64,000 bases of DNA from Thermodesulfobacteriota bacterium (lineage in GTDB: Bacteria > Desulfobacterota_D > UBA1144 > Nemesobacterales > UBA2774). Location of the stretch: the NCBI GenBank assembly GCA_965216785.1, contig OZ244197.1:64001-128000 (forward strand), read 5' to 3'. Below, piece by piece: positions 50,745 through 60,629 of this stretch. The notes beneath the pieces were generated by a model that was given only the letters and a program-made list of their open reading frames with translations, made no database searches and was not told where the DNA came from. Within the stretch, counting starts at the first letter, position 1, and each line of letters opens with the position of its first letter. A program made the position numbers and the translations under genes.

Positions 50745-51788
50745 TCACTCTCTTTTATTTAGCCAGGGCAATCTAGACACGGTCTTTTTCTTATAATCGT
50801 TTGACACATGAGAGTAAATCATAGTAGTAGAAATACTAGAATGTCCGAGTAGTTCCTTAATAGAAACTAGGTCAACCTGATTCATGACTAAATGTGATGC
50901 AAAAGTATGTCTTACTGAGTGAGGGGTAGCTTTTATTCCGGCTTTAGAACATGCTTTATTGAAGCTGTTCTTAATACTCGTAACCCTAGAACCATCAGGG
51001 TGACAGATTAGATAGTTTTTCTGGTCAGCATGTCTAATTGAGACCTGCATTGATTTGGGATGTACATAGTACTTACTCAACCATTCTAACATTTCACTTA
51101 ACTCATAATTGATAGGAACTATCCTGTAGTTGCTAGTCTTCTGACTTTTCACTATGATCACATTATTCTCCAGGTCTATATCAGTGAATTTAAGCTGTAA
51201 TACCTCTCCTATCCTCATGCCGGTATTCCTTAGAACTATTATTATAGGTCTGAGCCATGCACTAGAGCACTCTAATAGACGCTGAACTTCTTCAATAGAT
51301 AGAAAGTTAGGTGGTCTTTTTGGTAGCTTTAAAATAGTAATATGAGGCACTTTTTCAATAAAGTTCCACTCTAATGCCTTTTTTAGTATGGCACTAAGAA
51401 CTGTAAGTTCTCTATTGAGACTAGAAGGAGCCAACCCTTGATCTATTCTGATAGATTTATAATCCTCAATGCATTTATTATCTATCTTCGCTAGACTCAA
51501 ATTACCAAATGAAATCTTGAGATGTTTGATGGCCTGAATTTCTCTTTTATATGTGGATTTCGCCTTATTGGTTTTACAATATTTCAGGTATTGATCTATA
51601 TAGTCATAAAAGAGTATTTCTTTAGTCTCTCTAATGTCTAACCTACCCTTTATATGTTCCAGTTCCAATTGCTTTAGAATCTTTCTGGCTTCCTTCTTAT
51701 CTACTCTCCCAATTCTAATCCACTTCTTCTTTCTATTAATACTGAATACGGCATAATAAGAATTATGTTTGTATGCTAATGAAGCCAT
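50745..51788 (-). CDS. int: Tyrosine integrase of element C
   Basis: GMRIGE, HSVRH, LGH and IYSH catalytic residues. Confidence 0.95.
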   Translation of the reverse strand: MASLAYKHNSYYAVFSINRKKKWIRIGRVDKKEARKILKQLELEHIKGRLDIRETKEILFYDYIDQYLKYCKTNKAKSTYKREIQAIKHLKISFGNLSLAKIDNKCIEDYKSIRIDQGLAPSSLNRELTVLSAILKKALEWNFIEKVPHITILKLPKRPPNFLSIEEVQRLLECSSAWLRPIIIVLRNTGMRIGEVLQLKFTDIDLENNVIIVKSQKTSNYRIVPINYELSEMLEWLSKYYVHPKSMQVSIRHADQKNYLICHPDGSRVTSIKNSFNKACSKAGIKATPHSVRHTFASHLVMNQVDLVSIKELLGHSSISTTMIYSHVSNDYKKKTVSRLPWLNKRE

Positions 51789-51970
51789 AGCATGCCTCCT
51801 GAAGTTGATTCACAGGAAGGTCCTTCAGTAGATGGTGGGTTTTAACATTATCTGGTAAGTCTAGGGCTGTTTGGTTAGAACATGGTTAGACAGCCTTGGC
51901 CTTAACTGGACTAGGAACCATATAACATATTGTACTTACTAGGTATTTTAGGTGGGTCTAAGGTGGTATA

Positions 51971-52017
51971 CTCTGCGTCCCGAACGCAACGCTCTAGCCA
52001 ATCTGAGCTACACCCCG
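51971..52017 (-). repeat. Displaced 5' half of tRNA-Pro behind its probable native promoter
   Basis: 47 bp identical to 45834-45880; upstream TTGCAA-16-TAAATT on the minus strand. Confidence 0.93.
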
Positions 52018-52188
52018 TGAGCATTTAATTTACTATAAATAGAGCGGGTTGCAAGAGAGCATAGTGTACTTTTTTCAGTGCTTTTCTGTACACGCCCTCG
52101 GTGTATTAAATATTGCCATTGAAATATGGATGACACTTAATACTTATCTAGCTTCGATACAGCCTTTAAGAGGTTCGGTTGATTGTAT

Positions 52189-52560
52189 CTAGTCCGAGCA
52201 CACCCACTCTTTTTGTTCGGGATTATATTCGAAGGAATCACACCACCCGTCCATCCACCAGTCTTCCCCTACGGTATAATTATTCCACCAAAAGTTTGCT
52301 GTGCCGGAGACAGTTTCTTTTTGTAATTTGCCTACATTTGTGAATTGAACCCTATCACTCTCACCCAATATCGCATCATCAGTTACTTCAACAACCACAA
52401 AAGAGATTTCCTCATCATCTTTTGTTATTATTTTTACTTTATCCCCAGGTTCTATGAGCGTTTGGATACTAGAAGGATTGTTTTTAATGCCCACATAGCT
52501 AGCGAACGGGGAACAGGATACAAAAAATGTTAGTAAGACGAATAATGTATATTGATTCAT
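52189..52560 (-). CDS. Lipoprotein
   Basis: FVSC lipobox. Confidence 0.65.
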   Translation of the reverse strand: MNQYTLFVLLTFFVSCSPFASYVGIKNNPSSIQTLIEPGDKVKIITKDDEEISFVVVEVTDDAILGESDRVQFTNVGKLQKETVSGTANFWWNNYTVGEDWWMDGWCDSFEYNPEQKEWVCSD

Positions 52561-52590
52561 TCTAATTAGGCTCTTCTAAACTGTTTCATA

Positions 52591-53532
52591 TTATTGAATC
52601 TCATTCACAACATTTACTGTGATATCACCAATTGCCCTAGTCAACATATTCACTACAAGTTCAGTATTGCTTTGCATGTCTTCCACATATTCACATTTAG
52701 GGTCATAATACAATTCCTCTCTTTCCCAAATGACTCTTCCATTTCTGGTTGAAACCATTTTCCCTTTTAAGTCTATCCACGTTCTAACTGAATATTGGAC
52801 ATATCTTTCTATAATCGGTTTCAATGTCTCTAGCTCTTTTAGCAATTCTGCTTGCTTATTAGATATTGCCGTTTCAGAACTAAATAGAAGCTCATTTACA
52901 CCACTTGGACCTATACGGCTATAAGTGTATTGACCATAAACTTCATTCCATCTCGTTATAGCTTCGTTATATCCTGTATCATCTGAGCTTAGCGGTCCCA
53001 AATAAGGTTTCTCCCCGATGAAACCCGATACAAGCTGTTTAGGGCAAAGCTTTACTTCAATATTTTCTATAGCAATATCCAACACCGTGTCAAAACCTTG
53101 TTGTGCCAATATCGAGGGGCTTTGAACTTTTGAAATCTCAGCTTCGAAAGAAGCACCCGTATTTTCAAAATAATCATCAATATGCTCAGACAATAATGTA
53201 TCAATATTGATTTCGGATATATCTTCTCCAAATTCATCCGCATAATTACTGTCTATGTTACTTCTGCGTAATTCTTCAACCACCATAGCTACCAAAAGGA
53301 AAGGTGCTATCAATCCTGAGGCTTCACTATTCATAAAAATCTCGTAATATCTTTTTTGCATCTTAGAAATATTTGCCTGGAGCTCTTCGTCTGCTTGTAC
53401 ATGTATAGCCATTTTTTTGATTCTGGATTTATCCGGTTCAGTTAGAGGAATAATAGTCCTGGTTTTAGGGGCGCAGGATGCTGATAGGATGAACAGGCTT
53501 AAACAAAATATAAAAAATGATTTGTGTTTCAT
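52591..53532 (-). CDS. Lipoprotein
   Basis: SASC lipobox. Confidence 0.7.
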   Translation of the reverse strand: MKHKSFFIFCLSLFILSASCAPKTRTIIPLTEPDKSRIKKMAIHVQADEELQANISKMQKRYYEIFMNSEASGLIAPFLLVAMVVEELRRSNIDSNYADEFGEDISEINIDTLLSEHIDDYFENTGASFEAEISKVQSPSILAQQGFDTVLDIAIENIEVKLCPKQLVSGFIGEKPYLGPLSSDDTGYNEAITRWNEVYGQYTYSRIGPSGVNELLFSSETAISNKQAELLKELETLKPIIERYVQYSVRTWIDLKGKMVSTRNGRVIWEREELYYDPKCEYVEDMQSNTELVVNMLTRAIGDITVNVVNEIQ

Positions 53533-53550
53533 TTTATTTTCCCTGTTTTT

Positions 53551-54606
53551 TTACGGACCGCTGCCGGTGTTTTCATCGGAAATGATTGTCCGGTCGCCAG
53601 TGAATTGGTCTATAAACACAACTGCACGTATATCACGTTCTCTATCAATTACTACAAAATCTCCATCTGCAGTCACTGCAATGGCTTTAGGGAGCAGTAT
53701 TTCCGGACCCATGCCGACGTTTCCATCAGATATGATTGAGCGGTCGCCTGTGAACTGATCAACATGCACTACAGCACCCATACCAGAATCAACTACCACA
53801 AAATCTCCACCAGGCGTCACTGCTATATCCTCGGGCATGTCAAATTCCGGTCCAATCCCGGTCGTCTCATCGGAAATGATCGTGCGGTCGCCTGTGATCT
53901 GATCCACATGTATTACGGTACCGAAGCCACCCAATCCAGTAACAATATCAAGTACTATATAATCCCCGTCTGATGTTGATTCTATGCTAACAGGGACCTC
54001 TATGCCCGGACCATTGCCCGTATTCTCATCAGAGATGATCGTACGGTCTCCCGTGATCTGATCTACATGTACTACTGCGGTCTGAAATCCATTAACCACC
54101 ACAAAATCGCCATCTGGTGTCACTGCCAAATCTCTCAAAAAGAAAAACTCAGGCCCGACACCAGTGTTTTCATCGGAAATGATTGTTCTCTTACCTGTGT
54201 TTTGATCTACATTCGCAACCGTGTTACCACCAAGTACTGCAAAATCCCCGCCTGCTCTTACCGCAATTCGACCAATACCAATATTCGCACCACCTCCCGT
54301 ACGGTCTTTATCTAGGGGTGCAAATTGTGAGATTATCACACGATCCCCTGTAACCTGATCCACATGCACTAACGCCCCCTGATCAGCCACCGCAAAATCT
54401 CCATCTGGCGTTACTACTATGTCATTAGGTTCGTGAAAGCCCATGAAAGGCTCGGACGGTCTAGAACGATTACAGTTTGAGCTCCCTCCAAGGACGCCGC
54501 AGCCTATTCCACAGCATTCAGGAGTATCGCAAGCCGATAATGAGACACTTATCATAATGACTAATAATAGAAAGCCCTGGAGTTTATATCCTTTAACGGT
54601 ATTCAT
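53551..54606 (-). CDS. Lipoprotein with beta-propeller-like repeats
   Basis: LSAC lipobox; ~6 repeats of VHVDQ.TGDRTIISDE.TG.GP; ATG overlaps the upstream TGA. Confidence 0.75.
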   Translation of the reverse strand: MNTVKGYKLQGFLLLVIMISVSLSACDTPECCGIGCGVLGGSSNCNRSRPSEPFMGFHEPNDIVVTPDGDFAVADQGALVHVDQVTGDRVIISQFAPLDKDRTGGGANIGIGRIAVRAGGDFAVLGGNTVANVDQNTGKRTIISDENTGVGPEFFFLRDLAVTPDGDFVVVNGFQTAVVHVDQITGDRTIISDENTGNGPGIEVPVSIESTSDGDYIVLDIVTGLGGFGTVIHVDQITGDRTIISDETTGIGPEFDMPEDIAVTPGGDFVVVDSGMGAVVHVDQFTGDRSIISDGNVGMGPEILLPKAIAVTADGDFVVIDRERDIRAVVFIDQFTGDRTIISDENTGSGP

Positions 54607-55730
54607 ACATTTAACCTCCGCATTGGTTTTCTGAATTTTCTCTGGCAACGACCTAATCCTATTCTCACGGCGGCTATTACCAAAGGGATAAATAGAAAAA
54701 CCGGAATCGATGAAGCAGGGCCAATTGGCGCTACAGAACACCCACCGCCGGCTCCGGCTCCTGCACCGCCAAGTGCCACAGAGAAAACCTGGACACGGTC
54801 AGATTCTACAACGTATACATTGCCTGAGCTGTCCACGGCTACTCCATTTGGGGATACGATTTGAATCCTAGCATTTTCGTCGCTACTGCCGAACTTGAAA
54901 AGAAAGTTTCCGTTTAAATCGAATATCTGGATGCGATTATTGTTAGCGTCTGCGACGTATATATTGCCGGAGCTGTCGAGCGCAATGTCAGCAGGAAACA
55001 TAAATTCACCATCACCTGTCCCATTACTGCCGAACTTGAAAATAAAATTTCCGTTTGAATCAAATTTCTGGATGCGATGATTAGCCGAGTCCGCAACGTA
55101 GATATTCCCAGAATTGTCCAACTCTATATCTAAAGGCCCCATAAACTCGCCATCGCCCGAGCCTTTAGCGCCGAATTTAAAAATGAAATTGCCGTTTGAA
55201 TCAAATACTTGCACGCGATTATTCTCTTGCGCATGAATATCATTATTCGAGTCTGTGACGTAGATATTCCCTGAGCTGTCTAATGCGATGGCAGATGGAA
55301 ATCCAAATTCACCATCATCCGAGCCTTGTGTGCCGAACTCGAAAATGAAATTGCCGCTTGAATCAAACTTCTGGATGAGGCGATTCAATGCATCAGCTAC
55401 GTATATATTGCCTGAGCTCTCCAACCCCAAATCTGTTGGGCCGTCAAATAAGCCGTCAGTATGATTGGTTATGAACTCGAAAATGAAATTGCCGTTTGAA
55501 TCAAACTTCTGGATACGTTTATTTTCAGTGTCTGCAACGTAGATATTGCCTACGCTATCCAATTCTATATCAGATGCACCATCAAATTCGCCTTCACCGG
55601 AACCACAGGACCCAAAAGTTAAAATCAGAGTTACGGATGCTGCAAAAACAATATTCGTTATTATGACCATGAGTAATGGTATTAAAGTGATGGGACGCAA
55701 TATATTCATTACAGTTTGTTTGAATTTCAT
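54603..55730 (-). CDS. NHL-repeat beta-propeller with GC-TM C-terminal sorting signal
   Basis: Six DSSGNIYVAD..N.RIQ.F repeats; GGGCS + TM + basic tail. Confidence 0.85.
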   Translation of the reverse strand: MKFKQTVMNILRPITLIPLLMVIITNIVFAASVTLILTFGSCGSGEGEFDGASDIELDSVGNIYVADTENKRIQKFDSNGNFIFEFITNHTDGLFDGPTDLGLESSGNIYVADALNRLIQKFDSSGNFIFEFGTQGSDDGEFGFPSAIALDSSGNIYVTDSNNDIHAQENNRVQVFDSNGNFIFKFGAKGSGDGEFMGPLDIELDNSGNIYVADSANHRIQKFDSNGNFIFKFGSNGTGDGEFMFPADIALDSSGNIYVADANNNRIQIFDLNGNFLFKFGSSDENARIQIVSPNGVAVDSSGNVYVVESDRVQVFSVALGGAGAGAGGGCSVAPIGPASSIPVFLFIPLVIAAVRIGLGRCQRKFRKPMRRLNV

Positions 55731-55774
55731 GTTAGATCCTCCTTCTTGTATTAAAAATGAGACATTTTTTACAT

Positions 55775-57082
55775 TCAGAATGCACATTCATCAAACTCAA
55801 CTTCACTTGGGAATCGTATCTGTATCCAATTATGAACTATCAAATTTTGCTCTTCTGTGTGTGTTTTCATCAAATTGTTCTTATAGTAATAAGACATATT
55901 ATTGTCTCGAAGCAGTTGAAAGATTTGTCCGTTAAGATTAACAGTCGTAGCCGCAGTGCAGTCGATCTCGCGTATAAAGGGATCAGGTGGCGTATCTAAG
56001 AGACCGTCACCATCGAATACACTTGCGTTGCCCCCGTTATCGAAAAGAAAATCCTCGGCTTCGGCTAGAGTGTCGAATTCCTTGGCAAATGTGTGGCTGA
56101 GTCCAAAGTAATGGCCAATTTCATGTCCAAATAGTTCTATATTCTGCTCTCCACAGATACCAGTATCGTTAAATCCCGGCATAACAATGAAGTCATATCC
56201 AGTCGAAGAGAAACCTCCTCCAGTAGGAAAATTCCCGGGTCCGTGACGGAAGAATACAACTATTTTATTTGGGAACTCTGCCGCAATTGAATTACCAAAA
56301 CTCCTTACATTTTCCCATACCGGACCTGACGTGGACGAAAAGAGTATATTGTTCATATCTGTGTTCATTACTTCCATCCAATCAGGCCCCGTCTCACTTG
56401 GCTCAAACTCAAACTGAATTTTAGAATTGGCAAAGGTCTCGTTAGCTTTGTCTAGCCAAAGTTTCACCTCTTGCGGTGTGATATTGGCACTACGGCTACC
56501 GTCGTCATCAGATACTCTTACAGCAAGTACACGTATAGTTATATTCTTTATATCACATTGAAAACCAGTGCCGCACAGACTCTTTTCATCTAACCTGCAA
56601 GGCTCAAATCTAAACTCTCCGGACGCTACAGGGCTTAAATTCCCGCGGTTGTCCTCGGCCTGCACGGTCCACGTCCAGCCGCCAAGGTTGCTATCTATCA
56701 CAAACGAGTTACAGCTTGTATCGGTATATTCTGAATTGGGTACAAAAGTATTGATTATTGGTAATGTAGCTCCGGTACGCATAACAAATATGTGATAGCC
56801 TTTAATTCCGTTAGGTGAGTCGGAATCGGTCCAATCAAAAAAAATTCTATGGCCATAACCACGGACGGGATCAAGAGGACAGCCTATGCTCGGATTGTTC
56901 TGCTCGATTACATCGTGATTAATCGGTGTCAGCAGGACAGGTGTCGTTACATTTACAGCTTGCTCTGGCGGCGGATCTTCTGTAAATGAGTCTCCATCTT
57001 GCCCGCTGTTACAACCGCCGACTACTCCGAGCCCTATCAATACGACTAATACAGAAAATCCAATTAATTTTAGGTGTCTCAT
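55775..57082 (-). CDS. Lipoprotein zinc metalloprotease (M43/pappalysin-like metzincin)
   Basis: VGGC lipobox; HEIGHYFGLSHTF; DGLLDTPPDP; NNMSY Met-turn. Confidence 0.8.
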   Translation of the reverse strand: MRHLKLIGFSVLVVLIGLGVVGGCNSGQDGDSFTEDPPPEQAVNVTTPVLLTPINHDVIEQNNPSIGCPLDPVRGYGHRIFFDWTDSDSPNGIKGYHIFVMRTGATLPIINTFVPNSEYTDTSCNSFVIDSNLGGWTWTVQAEDNRGNLSPVASGEFRFEPCRLDEKSLCGTGFQCDIKNITIRVLAVRVSDDDGSRSANITPQEVKLWLDKANETFANSKIQFEFEPSETGPDWMEVMNTDMNNILFSSTSGPVWENVRSFGNSIAAEFPNKIVVFFRHGPGNFPTGGGFSSTGYDFIVMPGFNDTGICGEQNIELFGHEIGHYFGLSHTFAKEFDTLAEAEDFLFDNGGNASVFDGDGLLDTPPDPFIREIDCTAATTVNLNGQIFQLLRDNNMSYYYKNNLMKTHTEEQNLIVHNWIQIRFPSEVEFDECAF

Positions 57083-57231
57083 AATTACCCTCCAATAAGT
57101 TTTTTGCCACATGCCTAGACTTATAAACTACTTTTATGTCGATTAGCGCTATCAGTGCTATATTGCGTGTCGTTCTGCACCACCGTAGCCTCCTATTGGG
57201 GAACTCTTCGATTTATAATTCACCCTTTCCC

Positions 57232-57342
57232 TCAATCTTTGATCTTATTAACTATCTCTATAGCAAACAAGAAAAGCGCTATAAGCACTGGACATAACCC
57301 ATATATACAAACATCAATAATCTCATTAAACCACGCATCCAT
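57232..57342 (-). CDS. 36-aa single-TM small protein
   Basis: MDAWFNEIIDVCIYGLCPVLIALFLFAIEIVNKIKD* with a GGGGTG RBS. Confidence 0.35.
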   Translation of the reverse strand: MDAWFNEIIDVCIYGLCPVLIALFLFAIEIVNKIKD

Positions 57343-57597
57343 ATTTACACCCCACTCTTGTAATCTATTGTTAAAGACCCTTATCCATAATTCAGACGTT
57401 TCCACTTAGTTATGTCTATTAATGTGCTCACATCATTCAGGGATTCGGAGAGCATTGTATAGATTCCAAATATATAGAAGCTGAAGAAAATGAGAATAAG
57501 AGAGCAAATCCCCAGGATTTGAAGTAGGTATTTAAATCTTTTAAGTTCGTTCATTTCTTACCTCTTTTTAATTCGCATTGAATTTCCCATTCAGGAA

Positions 57598-57667
57598 ATG
57601 AACACTGTTTAATTCCATAGTATCACAGAATTGAACACTGTTCAAGAGGTAATTTAACAATGTTCAA
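57598..57667. promoter_or_regulatory. Three TetR-type operator palindromes
   Basis: TTGAACACTGTTCAA (57631-57645) and variants at 57598-57612 and 57653-57667, upstream of TetR. Confidence 0.7.
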
Positions 57668-57684
57668 AAAAATCAGTTATACTT

Positions 57685-58293
57685 ATGTATATGGGAAGAA
57701 GAAGCGATCATTCACGTGATAAGATTAAGCAGATGGCTATAGATGCAGGAAGGAATTTAATAGAAACTAAAGGCTTTTCAGGGCTAAGTGCGAGGAAGGT
57801 CGCAAAAGAAATAGGATACACGGTGGGAACATTATACAATGTATTCGATAACTTCACTGACCTAATTTGTCACATAAACTACACTACATTGGAAAGCCTA
57901 AAGGCACATCTTGAAGAAAACTCCAAACCCGGCAAAAACAGAGTCGAGGCGCTAAAACAGCTAGGAGAGTCTTATGTCGAGTTTGCAAGAGACAACACTC
58001 ACCTTTGGTCTGCTCTATTTGAATTTCAGCATCCAAAAGATTATCTATTGCCAAAATGGTATTCCGATAAGGTCAGGAGCATTTTCGAGCTGCCGGTAAA
58101 AATTATAGCTCCAATATTCAATGGAAACATGAATAGGGCGGAATATGAAACAAGGGTAGTTTGGGGAGGCGTTCACGGAATATGCCTTTTAGGTGTAAGC
58201 GATAGACTAGGTCTCGGCAGTGACGAATTGCTCAAATCAAAAGTAAATTCTCTTATCACTAATTATATGAGAGGAATGGGTGTTGAAGAATGA
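57685..58293 (+). CDS. TetR-family regulator (WHG-type C-terminus)
   Basis: LSARKVAKEIGYTVGTLYNVF; WGGVHG. Confidence 0.9.
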   Translation: MYMGRRSDHSRDKIKQMAIDAGRNLIETKGFSGLSARKVAKEIGYTVGTLYNVFDNFTDLICHINYTTLESLKAHLEENSKPGKNRVEALKQLGESYVEFARDNTHLWSALFEFQHPKDYLLPKWYSDKVRSIFELPVKIIAPIFNGNMNRAEYETRVVWGGVHGICLLGVSDRLGLGSDELLKSKVNSLITNYMRGMGVEE

Positions 58294-58338
58294 ATTCAGC
58301 TAGATAATTCCTCTTTAATCCATGTTTGAATTGCTCGA

Positions 58339-59073
58339 CTACATCCTGTTACACCTTAACACAACCGCTCCACCGCTCGAATAATTTCCGGCAGGCGTGA
58401 AGATCGGATCAAGTCCCGACATGTAATCCCCTTCATTTCTAAGAGTGAAGTTCTTGCCCGCCATATAGTAACCATCCGGGAACTCTATATATATATCAGC
58501 CTTATTTTTACCCTTGACGTCTCCGCTTATTTTGCCCCCGCCTTTATTTTTTATCCATATATGGTCATTTGCATTACCAGAAATATGCCCTTCAAGATTA
58601 CTTCCATTTTGCCTGATGTTGAGTATCGCTTTGCCGCATTCCCACATACCTGAAAAGCTCTTAACCTTTGGATCACGGATAGATGGATCCATATTTAAAG
58701 CCTCATATGTTACACCCCAATATATGGAATTCGGATTCTGATCCACGCCGGGATTATTTCTCTGAAAAGACTTTTTTGTTTTATAATATTTACCTGTTCT
58801 AGGGTTTTTGTATCCTCTTGCCTCTGCATGCAAAGTTATTATCCCTACAGGCACACCTAAATCATGATATCCCCCGGGGGGTATTTCTATCTCATTAGTT
58901 ATCGTTTTCTTACTATAGTCAAGAGAGTGATCCGAATAGTACTCCGCCCATACCGTTAAAGTAACTCCTGTGTTATTTTTGATTGTTGCAGCAGTAAGCG
59001 GCCTATAAGCAAATGAATTATCCGCTAAACAAAAGAGAAGAATAAATGCCATAACTGATGTAACAGATTTCAT
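58339..59073 (-). CDS. Secreted hypothetical protein
   Basis: Signal peptide ending SFA. Confidence 0.65.
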   Translation of the reverse strand: MKSVTSVMAFILLFCLADNSFAYRPLTAATIKNNTGVTLTVWAEYYSDHSLDYSKKTITNEIEIPPGGYHDLGVPVGIITLHAEARGYKNPRTGKYYKTKKSFQRNNPGVDQNPNSIYWGVTYEALNMDPSIRDPKVKSFSGMWECGKAILNIRQNGSNLEGHISGNANDHIWIKNKGGGKISGDVKGKNKADIYIEFPDGYYMAGKNFTLRNEGDYMSGLDPIFTPAGNYSSGGAVVLRCNRM

Positions 59074-59227
59074 ATCTAGATCCTTCCATTAATTGATTCT
59101 AAAAGAAGCAGGTTGGCTTCTACCTTGTCATTTTTGATTCAGTCTCTTCATGAGCTACATCTCATTGAGAGTTAATTTACTATAGCATGAGTGGACTGCA
59201 AAATATATATATTGAAACTGAGAAGGA

Positions 59228-59683
59228 TTATTTAATTACCGCGTCCTGCATCCGCTCTGAGTAGTCCCAGGTATATAGCTTTTGGGGGGTTATTATTATC
59301 GCTACTTCATCGCCGCGCGAAAGGAGATAATTGGCCAGACTTGAATCCGTGCCACCTAAGTAACGGATGATCAACTCTTCCAAAATATCCATCGCTCCCT
59401 CCTCTACCAAATTTACCGTTCCCTTCCCTCTTATGCCGCGGTAGGGAGGGGTTTCGGGAGCTATCTCAAATGCGCAGCGGGGGTCTTGACTAAGAAACTT
59501 TACGAGCTTGGAGCTTTTCTGAGTGGAGCAAATGAGCTTACCGTCTGAGTACAGATACCAAAGAGATAGGATCATAGGCCAGCCCTGTGTTGTAATACAC
59601 GAGAGGCGAAGAGGAATGTTGGTATCTGTGAGAAACCTCTCGTCCTGATCAGATAATAGGGTCTTTTTTACAGTATCCGCCAT
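59228..59683 (-). CDS. Pyridoxamine 5'-phosphate oxidase-like protein
   Basis: GWP...SLWY; K...L..DPRCAF; WDYS. Confidence 0.8.
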   Translation of the reverse strand: MADTVKKTLLSDQDERFLTDTNIPLRLSCITTQGWPMILSLWYLYSDGKLICSTQKSSKLVKFLSQDPRCAFEIAPETPPYRGIRGKGTVNLVEEGAMDILEELIIRYLGGTDSSLANYLLSRGDEVAIIITPQKLYTWDYSERMQDAVIK

Positions 59684-59891
59684 CGCATTAAGAAGTCATA
59701 CGCGCCGCAGCGCCGAGCGCTTTTGACTTATTTAGAAGAATTTTAACTGCTAAATCACAAAGAACGCTGGAGCCTTTACTTTCCGACTAATTTAAAGATA
59801 GCTGATCCTCAGTTCTCAGTCTATTCAATTAGTACGGTTCTTGACTGATATGACGCGGCACATACACTCCGCCCGTGTGCTTTTTTAGACT

Positions 59892-60275
59892 CTAAACACT
59901 TGGGGGAAAGAGCCTTGACAGGCTGCCGTAGCAGTCGGGACATATGAACTGGTTTACAGAAACCATAACCAAACTGCCGCCTGCGTGGCCGCATGCCCAG
60001 CAGCGAAAAGCCTCAAGCGGCTTTATATCACTCTCCGCCTGCTCGCTACCGTGATATTTATCGTACAATGATTGGGAAGTGCCTTTGTATTCCATGAGAC
60101 GGCAGAGCACGTACTCATTGCGCTTACGCTCGTGGTACTTCTCGTCTATGTACATGTAAATGAGCATCCGGGGGCCCGAATGAAGAGAGAAAGGATTAAA
60201 AGCTTCTCTTATATCCTCGAAACTATGAGCTTCTTTTTCCTTCTTTAACTGCAAAACGCCGTTCTTATTATTCAT
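59892..60275 (-). CDS. Hypothetical protein with C-terminal zinc ribbon
   Basis: CWAC...CPDC; AGGAGG RBS. Confidence 0.6.
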   Translation of the reverse strand: MNNKNGVLQLKKEKEAHSFEDIREAFNPFSLHSGPRMLIYMYIDEKYHERKRNEYVLCRLMEYKGTSQSLYDKYHGSEQAESDIKPLEAFRCWACGHAGGSLVMVSVNQFICPDCYGSLSRLFPPSV

Positions 60276-60629
60276 ATCGCCACCATCCTCCTTGGGTCTG
60301 TTTACCCTATGAATAAAATAAGTCCTCGTTTACTGAAGCTTCAATATCGACAATACACCGTCAGAAAAGCGAAACGGCTTTCTTTTAAACCTCCTTATGT
60401 ACGTATGGTTTTTAAAACCGGGAAAAACGAGTGAGACAATAAGTCATTATCACAGGCCTGAAAGGGATTTCTGGGCCCGGATGAATCTCCGCCACCTAAT
60501 TTTTGATATATGGAAGTCATATCATGACATCCTTTAATCTTTTAAAGGATATAACCAACAGAAGAAAAAATGTCAAGAAAGCGTCCTTAATATAAAAACT
60601 TTATCTTGGAAGCCTAATTGATGGAATGC

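Larger units (their letters stand above)
45834..52017. mobile_element. Element C: ~6.2 kb pipolin-like element duplicating the tRNA 5' half
   Basis: 47-bp direct repeat (45834-45880 = 51971-52017); PolB and tyrosine integrase; TGGTTAGACA-like arm repeats at 45941-45961 and 51872-51892. Confidence 0.88.

Noticed and set aside
13160-52017. Four tRNA genes
   Set aside because: Only 45803-45880 is complete; the others are 47-48-bp halves.
57145-57162. sigma54 promoter for the secreted operon (TAGCACTGATAGCGC, minus strand)
   Set aside because: It lacks the invariant GG at -24 and has no enhancer boxes nearby.
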